Positions 57,907 through 64,000 of a DNA stretch of 64,000 bases are shown here, one piece after another. The notes below the pieces were generated by a model that was not told the DNA's origin, searched no databases, and was given only the letters and a program-made list of their open reading frames with translations. Position 1 is the first letter of the stretch. Each line of letters begins with the position of its first letter. The stretch spans positions 202,971-266,970 of the forward strand of contig JAVZBY010000001.1 of NCBI GenBank assembly GCA_038874655.1. The letters run 5' to 3'. The position numbers and the translations under genes were made by a program. The DNA is from Candidatus Woesearchaeota archaeon (lineage in GTDB: Archaea > Nanobdellota > Nanobdellia > Woesearchaeales > GW2011-AR15).

Positions 57907-58392
57907 ATGAATAAGTTTTTTTGTTTTTTTAAAGGAAAAATTTCAATAAAAAAATCAAACTTTTTTTTGAAAATAACTAAAAAATCAAATAAATCTCAAG
58001 TTAGTATAGAATTTTTGACTATCTTTGGTTTTGTTTTTTTGATGATTGTGCCTTTAATTATTATATATTTTGATCAGTTAAATTTTCTTAAAGATTCTAT
58101 CTCTGAAAATCAAATTAGGAATATAGCAATTAAAATAGTAGATAAAGCTGAATCAGTTTATTATATGGGTGAACCCTCTCAAACAAAAATGTTAGTTTAT
58201 TTTCCAGAAAATATAGATTCTGTTAATATAACTAATAATGCTATAATGTTTAATTATAGAACACAGAGTAATCTTTTGCATACTATATTTTTTAATTCTA
58301 AGGTTAATTTAACAGGTAGTTTATCTCCAAAATCAGGAATACATAAAATTATTATTAAATCACAAAATGGTGTTGTTAATATTTTTGAATAA
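57907..58392 (+). CDS. Pilin-like protein with class III signal peptide
   Basis: KS/QVSIEFL followed by hydrophobic helix (Q+1, E+5). Confidence 0.8.
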   Translation: MNKFFCFFKGKISIKKSNFFLKITKKSNKSQVSIEFLTIFGFVFLMIVPLIIIYFDQLNFLKDSISENQIRNIAIKIVDKAESVYYMGEPSQTKMLVYFPENIDSVNITNNAIMFNYRTQSNLLHTIFFNSKVNLTGSLSPKSGIHKIIIKSQNGVVNIFE

Positions 58393-58497
58393 CTTTTTAT
58401 GATAAAAGAAGATTTTTATCTTTGGATAATAAAATTTTGTAATAATAAAAAATTAATAAAATTAAAAGATTTATAAATAGGATGTTGAAAAATTAAA

Positions 58498-58896
58498 ATG
58501 ATTAAAAAAAAATTTTTTAAAAGGTCTCAACTAAGTATAGAATTTATTTATATGATTACTGCTGGAGTTCTTTTTTTGATTGTTTTTACAATTATCTTCT
58601 CAGATATTTACAAAGATGTTTATAATGAAAAAATGGATAAACTTTTTTTTGATTTTGGTACAAGTATCCAGAATGAATTTTTATTAGCTGAAAATGTTAA
58701 TTTAGGATATGAAAGGATAATTTTTATACCTGATAGATTAGAAAATTTTGACTATGATCTATGGAACAATGAAAGAATGTTTTTTTTAAATTATAGTGGT
58801 AAAACAATAGCTTTTCAAATACCTTTTGTTATTGGTAATTTAAAAAAGGGTTATAATACACTATATAATAATGGGACAATAGTTATAAAAAATTGA
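58498..58896 (+). CDS. Pilin-like protein with class III signal peptide
   Basis: RS/QLSIEFI followed by hydrophobic helix. Confidence 0.8.
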   Translation: MIKKKFFKRSQLSIEFIYMITAGVLFLIVFTIIFSDIYKDVYNEKMDKLFFDFGTSIQNEFLLAENVNLGYERIIFIPDRLENFDYDLWNNERMFFLNYSGKTIAFQIPFVIGNLKKGYNTLYNNGTIVIKN

Positions 58897-58993
58897 CTAT
58901 TAATTATGATATTGATTATTATTGTTGGTTATTCAATTAATAAAAAAGATTTTAATAAAATATTATAATATTATTAAAAGAGAAAAAATAAAG

Positions 58994-59515
58994 ATGAAAA
59001 AACTAAAAGTAAAATCACAGATATTTTATTTGGATTTTATATTAGGTTTAACTATTTTTTTAGTAATTATTTTTTTGGCTTTTAATTTTATTTATAGAGA
59101 TAAAATTGAAGAAAATAATTTAGTTATAGAAGCAGAAAGAATCTCTAATATTCTTTTATCAGAAGGCATACCTAAAAACTGGAATGAAGATAATTTAACT
59201 ACAAATATTTCCTTTTTAGGCATAGTGTCTGACAAATCACTAGATATTGAAAAATTAAGAGCACTTAGTTCCTTATGTTTGAACAACTATACAAAGGTTA
59301 AAAATATTTTTTCTGTAAAATATGACTTTTATGTATATTTTGAAAATCTTAATCAAGAGATTATTAATCTTACTATTATTAATTCAACAGATACTTTTTT
59401 GTGTAATTACAAAAAAGATGTTGAGGATTACATTACTATAAACAGATTATTAGTCTATAGACATGATGATATTGCAGAAGTTTTAAATATGAAAATTGTT
59501 GTTTATTCCAGTTGA
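58994..59515 (+). CDS. Pilin-like protein with class III signal peptide
   Basis: KS/QIFYLDF; LLSEGIPKNW motif; start at ATG 58994. Confidence 0.75.
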   Translation: MKKLKVKSQIFYLDFILGLTIFLVIIFLAFNFIYRDKIEENNLVIEAERISNILLSEGIPKNWNEDNLTTNISFLGIVSDKSLDIEKLRALSSLCLNNYTKVKNIFSVKYDFYVYFENLNQEIINLTIINSTDTFLCNYKKDVEDYITINRLLVYRHDDIAEVLNMKIVVYSS

Positions 59516-59594
59516 TAATGTCATTTTCAATACTTTGTTAAAATTAAGTTTAGTAAATAAGTTTTAATTAATAATAGAGTAAATAAAAATTAAA

Positions 59595-62500
59595 ATGAAA
59601 AAAAGAGGGGTATTTTTTATTTTGGATGCTATTTTTGCAGTTTCTTTAATAGCAATAGCTTTAATATTATCATTAAAGTTTTTTATCATAGATACAAAAC
59701 CCACACAGGTTAAGTTATATTCACAAGATATAATTGATGTTTTTTCAAATATTAAAGTAAAAGAAATTAATAATTCTTATGTTAAATTGTTGATTTCAGA
59801 AGGTAAAATAAATAATTTAGATAATACAATTATAGAACAAATAGGTGAATTTTATGTTTTAAACATGACAGAGTATGCTAAAAATTTCTCTGAGTTATTT
59901 GTTAGTAATTTATCAAAAAATTATGGCATAGAAATTTTAGTAAATAATGAACAAATTTTTTTAAAGGAATCATTATACAATAAAAATGATGAGCAAATAA
60001 GTTCTCGAAAATTAATTTCTGGAATTGAAAAATTTAAACCTTTAAAAGGAGCGACATCAAAAGTTTTTTTGACTGGGTTGGAAAAAAAGAAATATTCAAG
60101 CTATGCTTATTTTGGAGGTTTTATAGGACAAGGAAATATTTCCATAACAATGTATTTACCAAATAATTTAAATTTTACAAATCTTTATCTTGAATTAAAC
60201 ACAATTTCTAGTTTTCTTTTTTATGTTAATGATAGACAATGCGAAGATGTATTTTATCCTTCATTAGTTTATATGGGCGCAGATTCTTATGATTTGAAAA
60301 ATTGCACATCCTATTTAGTAAAAAATGCAATTAATAATTTTAGTTTTGTTTTTTTAGATACATTGGATAAAGCATATATAGGAGGTGGTTTTTTAAGAGT
60401 TGATTATTATACAGATGAGATGAAACCTGAAGAAAAAAATTATTATATAAATAATACTTTATATGGTATTAATGGAATCGTAAATGTATATGATTCTTTT
60501 TTTGTTCCAGGCAATATAAAAAATATAAGTGTTTATTTGCATTATGACATAGATTTAAAAAATTTGACTAATAATACTTTTTATTTTACAATAGGAAATG
60601 CAACTATTTTTCGAGATAATAATTTAACAGGAGAAAAAAGTGTTTTTTTAAGTTATAATAATATAACTTCTAAAATTCAAGCTTCTATATTAAGCTTTAA
60701 TACAATACCCTTTAGAATTGGATTTGAAAATGCATCTTTTGGCTATATTTATGAAGGAAATGCTGATGTTGCTTTAATAACAGATGTTTCAGGAAGTATG
60801 CAATGGACAATGGTTAATTCAAATAATGGTGTTCTAAGAGATTGTGATGATCCTAATATAAATAATTCTGATACAGCAAGAATAAGTGTGGCAAAATGTT
60901 TAGATAAACAATTTACAGATGATATTTTGAATATAACAGGAAATAAGTTAGGTTTAGTTTCTTTTTCAACTAATACAATAACAAATCAATTAGTAGCGCC
61001 AACTAATGATAAAAATTTTTTATACACAACTATTAATTCTTATGTAGCAACCGGTTCAACATGTATTTGCTGTGGGATTAATTCAGCAAGAATGTTATTA
61101 ACAAATAAAACTAAGAGAACAATTTTAATTAATAGAAATAGTAATTGGTTGTATAATAATTTCAGTTTAACTAATGAGCCAGAATTAGATGCAAATGGTA
61201 ATCCTTGGTATGCTTATTCATATGATAAGGAAAAAGAATGGTTTGAAGGAAATACAATATTAGGTAGCACAAATAGCTTAGTTTATAGCCCTTTTGTTAA
61301 TAAAGAAATTGGTTCTAATTTGTCATACAATTCTAAGTTTGCCAATTTATGGGAACATTATTTAGATAATCCAGGGCCACCAAATGATTTTACATCAGGA
61401 ATATTGAATTATAGTGCAAACACATATGGAATTAATGGGAATGATGATGGTTGGGATTGGGATCTAATTAATGGAGTTGGTGTTTTTGGATATGATGACG
61501 ATATTGACTATAATTTTATTGTCAATGGTATGCTTGAATTAGATTCTGGAACTGGAAATCCTGTTAGAAATAGATGTTCGAATTATGATTGTTCTGGTGC
61601 ATATGGTATAGAGATAGTGATTAGTGAAGATATTTATAATAATTTATTATCTGGAGGGAGTGCAATTTTATCTTTTTATTATGAATGGCGTGAACAAAAT
61701 GGTAATCCCTTTGAAAACGATGATGAAGCGTGGATTAAAGCTAGATGGACAAGTCCATATTCAGGACAGCATTATTTAGGAGGAAATTATGATAATTATG
61801 GAACAATATATCAACATTCTGGTGCAGATAATACATTAGAAATAATGGCAATTGAAAATCCTGATGTTGATCAAACAGGGCATTATTTACAAGATATTAG
61901 TTCTTTTATAGAGGGTCCGGGTAATTATTATTTAGAGATAGGTGGTAAATTATTAGCAAATGCAAATGATGAATTTGGTTATTGGAGATTTGATAATATT
62001 CAACTAGAATTTACAAATTCTACAAACACATATTATTTTAGAAAAAATTTCACAATTACAGACTTAAGCTTAGTTAGAAAGGGAATTTTAAATGTTCTAT
62101 CTGATGATTATGCAGAAGTTTATTTAAATGGTGAGCTTATAGATATTGATACTTCTAAACATTCAGCATATTATTGGAATAGAAGGGGGATTATAATACC
62201 ACAAGAAAAATTTATATTAGGGAATAATGTGATAGCAATAAAATTAGTGAACACAAATTTTTCTGCAAAATTTGATTTAGAATTAATAGCTTTAAATGAT
62301 ACAAGGGATTATGCTATGCTAGTTATGACAGATGGACAAGCTAATTATTATTGTTCTGATTATAATGATACTACAGGCACTTATGATGTTCAAAGAGCAA
62401 TAAGTTCAGCAATAAATGCTTCTTGTTATTCAAGAGAAAATTATGGAATTACTGTTTATGCAGTTGGTTTTAGTGATGAAGCAGATGAAGATACTCTACA

Positions 62501-63389
62501 AAAAATCGCTGAATGTGGTTTAGGTATGTACAGAAAAAGTGATAATGTGTCAGCATTAAGAGAATTTTATAAAGATGTGGCTTCTTCTATTGTTTCAGCA
62601 AGTAGACATTCACAGACAATAGAAATGCAAGGAAATATTACTTATAGTAAATTGTATCCAGATTCTTATATTTTTATTGAATATGAACCCTTATTGCAAG
62701 AACAATATTTTGCTGAACTGTCAAAAATTGTTGAAATAAAAAATTTTGACAATTGTAATTTTACTGTTTTTATACCAAATGAGGTAAGAGTTTCTGATGC
62801 TAAATTAACAAGTTATTCAGCAGAGCATTGGACAGATGGATTAAAGGTTAATGATAATGTTATTTATAATTTAAGTCTTTTTTCAAAAGATTATACTGGC
62901 TTAGGAGATCCTTTTTTTATCAATATACCAGTACAATATTTAAGAAGAGGTAGTAATTATTTTGAATTAAGAACGGGTGATAGTTTAGAGAATTCAACAG
63001 GTTGCTCATTAAATAATACATTGATTTATGTTGCTAATGTTCAAGGAAGTGCATCATATAATGATGTATTAGAAAAAGCAGTTGGTTGTGAGTGGTTTAT
63101 TGAATTTGATGATGGTGATACAATAAGTATTAATGTTCCACCAGATTATAATGGAAATAAAAAATGTAATTATACAAATCAACAAATAATATCAGGAATT
63201 CCAGGATATGACTTAAATGATACTTATGATGATGCTATGTTTAAATTATTAAGTAATTTGGATTTTGATAAAGATGGTAGAATATTTATTAATTTAAAAG
63301 AGAATGATTTGATTGTTGGCGCAATATCAGTTGGAAAAGTTCCTTATCCATGGGGCCCAGCTATTGCAGAAATAAGGGTTTTTGGTTAA
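59595..63389 (+). CDS. Large pilin-like adhesin with vWA (MIDAS) domain and inserted beta-sandwich domains
   Basis: KRG/VFFILDA signal; TDVSGSM, GST, VMTDG, VYAVGF vWA motifs; TYYFRKNF...SDDYAEVYLNG jelly-roll motifs. Confidence 0.85.
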   Translation: MKKRGVFFILDAIFAVSLIAIALILSLKFFIIDTKPTQVKLYSQDIIDVFSNIKVKEINNSYVKLLISEGKINNLDNTIIEQIGEFYVLNMTEYAKNFSELFVSNLSKNYGIEILVNNEQIFLKESLYNKNDEQISSRKLISGIEKFKPLKGATSKVFLTGLEKKKYSSYAYFGGFIGQGNISITMYLPNNLNFTNLYLELNTISSFLFYVNDRQCEDVFYPSLVYMGADSYDLKNCTSYLVKNAINNFSFVFLDTLDKAYIGGGFLRVDYYTDEMKPEEKNYYINNTLYGINGIVNVYDSFFVPGNIKNISVYLHYDIDLKNLTNNTFYFTIGNATIFRDNNLTGEKSVFLSYNNITSKIQASILSFNTIPFRIGFENASFGYIYEGNADVALITDVSGSMQWTMVNSNNGVLRDCDDPNINNSDTARISVAKCLDKQFTDDILNITGNKLGLVSFSTNTITNQLVAPTNDKNFLYTTINSYVATGSTCICCGINSARMLLTNKTKRTILINRNSNWLYNNFSLTNEPELDANGNPWYAYSYDKEKEWFEGNTILGSTNSLVYSPFVNKEIGSNLSYNSKFANLWEHYLDNPGPPNDFTSGILNYSANTYGINGNDDGWDWDLINGVGVFGYDDDIDYNFIVNGMLELDSGTGNPVRNRCSNYDCSGAYGIEIVISEDIYNNLLSGGSAILSFYYEWREQNGNPFENDDEAWIKARWTSPYSGQHYLGGNYDNYGTIYQHSGADNTLEIMAIENPDVDQTGHYLQDISSFIEGPGNYYLEIGGKLLANANDEFGYWRFDNIQLEFTNSTNTYYFRKNFTITDLSLVRKGILNVLSDDYAEVYLNGELIDIDTSKHSAYYWNRRGIIIPQEKFILGNNVIAIKLVNTNFSAKFDLELIALNDTRDYAMLVMTDGQANYYCSDYNDTTGTYDVQRAISSAINASCYSRENYGITVYAVGFSDEADEDTLQKIAECGLGMYRKSDNVSALREFYKDVASSIVSASRHSQTIEMQGNITYSKLYPDSYIFIEYEPLLQEQYFAELSKIVEIKNFDNCNFTVFIPNEVRVSDAKLTSYSAEHWTDGLKVNDNVIYNLSLFSKDYTGLGDPFFINIPVQYLRRGSNYFELRTGDSLENSTGCSLNNTLIYVANVQGSASYNDVLEKAVGCEWFIEFDDGDTISINVPPDYNGNKKCNYTNQQIISGIPGYDLNDTYDDAMFKLLSNLDFDKDGRIFINLKENDLIVGAISVGKVPYPWGPAIAEIRVFG

Positions 63390-63416
63390 ATATAAATTAT
63401 AAAAAATTTATAAAAA

Positions 63417-64000
63417 ATGAAAATAAAAATTTTTAAAACAAAGAAAGGATTTTTTTTCACATTAGCCTCTATTCTTTTGATTATTTTACTAATCTCAATT
63501 ATAAGCACAAGAAATACTTATAGATATAAAGAAAAACAAGATTCTATAAGCACAAGGATTAAGACAATGAATTCTTTTATAGAAGATTTTGAAAATGATT
63601 TAGATAGAGAGTTATATATTGGTGGATATAGAGCAATTATCAGTATGACTTCATATTTAAAGGAAATACAATCTTTTTTATATGATACAAATTTTGTTTT
63701 TAGCGAAGTTTTTCTCAATGGAACAATAAATAATACAAATCAAGTGTTAATGAAACAAGAAACAAATGGAATAGAAACAGGCGCAGACTTTAAAAGTTGG
63801 CTTTCTAGAATTAATCAAGAAGCAGATAAATTAAATATTTTTGTTAGCGTTAATATAAATGAAGTAAAAATTTTTCATGAAGATCCTTTTAATATTACTA
63901 TCTATCTTGAAGGAAATTTTCTTTTTGAAGATAAAAATAGTTTGGCAAAATTTAATTTCACTAAAAATTTCACAAAAAAGATACCTATTACTGGTTTTGA
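63417..64000 (+). CDS. Pilin-like protein with class III signal peptide, 3'-truncated by window edge (not in ORF track)
   Basis: Hand translation MKIKIFKTKKG/FFFTLASILLIILL...RIKTMNSFIEDFENDLDRELYIGGYRA; no stop seen before the edge. Confidence 0.78.
   Translation, partial: MKIKIFKTKKGFFFTLASILLIILLISIISTRNTYRYKEKQDSISTRIKTMNSFIEDFENDLDRELYIGGYRAIISMTSYLKEIQSFLYDTNFVFSEVFLNGTINNTNQVLMKQETNGIETGADFKSWLSRINQEADKLNIFVSVNINEVKIFHEDPFNITIYLEGNFLFEDKNSLAKFNFTKNFTKKIPITGF

Noticed and set aside
1-64000. Alternative genetic code, mobile elements or defence systems
   Set aside because: TAA, TAG and TGA all end conserved genes at expected positions; no transposase, integrase, reverse transcriptase, cas or restriction-modification motifs recognised

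Overview
Very AT-rich archaeal chromosome segment, most consistent with a DPANN (Woesearchaeota-like) organism. Evidence: TBP, MCM, a fused PriS-PriL primase, and an archaeal L3-to-SecY ribosomal superoperon containing S4e, L32e, L19e, aIF1 and Rpp29. Layout: (1) 1-13.1 kb surface-glycan locus with a flippase, four GT4s, a CgeB-type GT, a GT9 and an ADP-heptose-type pathway. The pathway has a kinase, a GmhB-nucleotidyltransferase fusion, an epimerase and a cupin, but no GmhA in the window. It is transcribed divergently from an RHH/degenerate-nucleotidyltransferase fusion, with two matching palindromic boxes between them. (2) 13-27 kb: a trio of related coiled-coil genes, a lamin-tail-domain surface protein, replication/transcription genes, and a membrane-anchored wHTH regulator with phased repeats. 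(3) 27.4-41.2 kb: ribosomal operon preceded by a strongly structured leader, with a frameshifted uS5. (4) 41-48 kb: bacterial-type zwf-pgl-gnd, endonuclease IV and an M1 aminopeptidase. (5) 48-64 kb: Tad/type IV pilus ATPase and platform genes, Sec61-beta, a CDP-alcohol phosphatidyltransferase-DUF192 fusion, a PrsA-like foldase, and pilin-like genes including a nested-domain vWA adhesin. No rRNA, tRNA, CRISPR or transposase was recognised. The best candidates for undescribed biology are the RHH-pseudoenzyme regulator with its operators, the switch-like rpl3 leader, and the membrane wHTH module. All calls come from reading motifs by eye; no searches were run.
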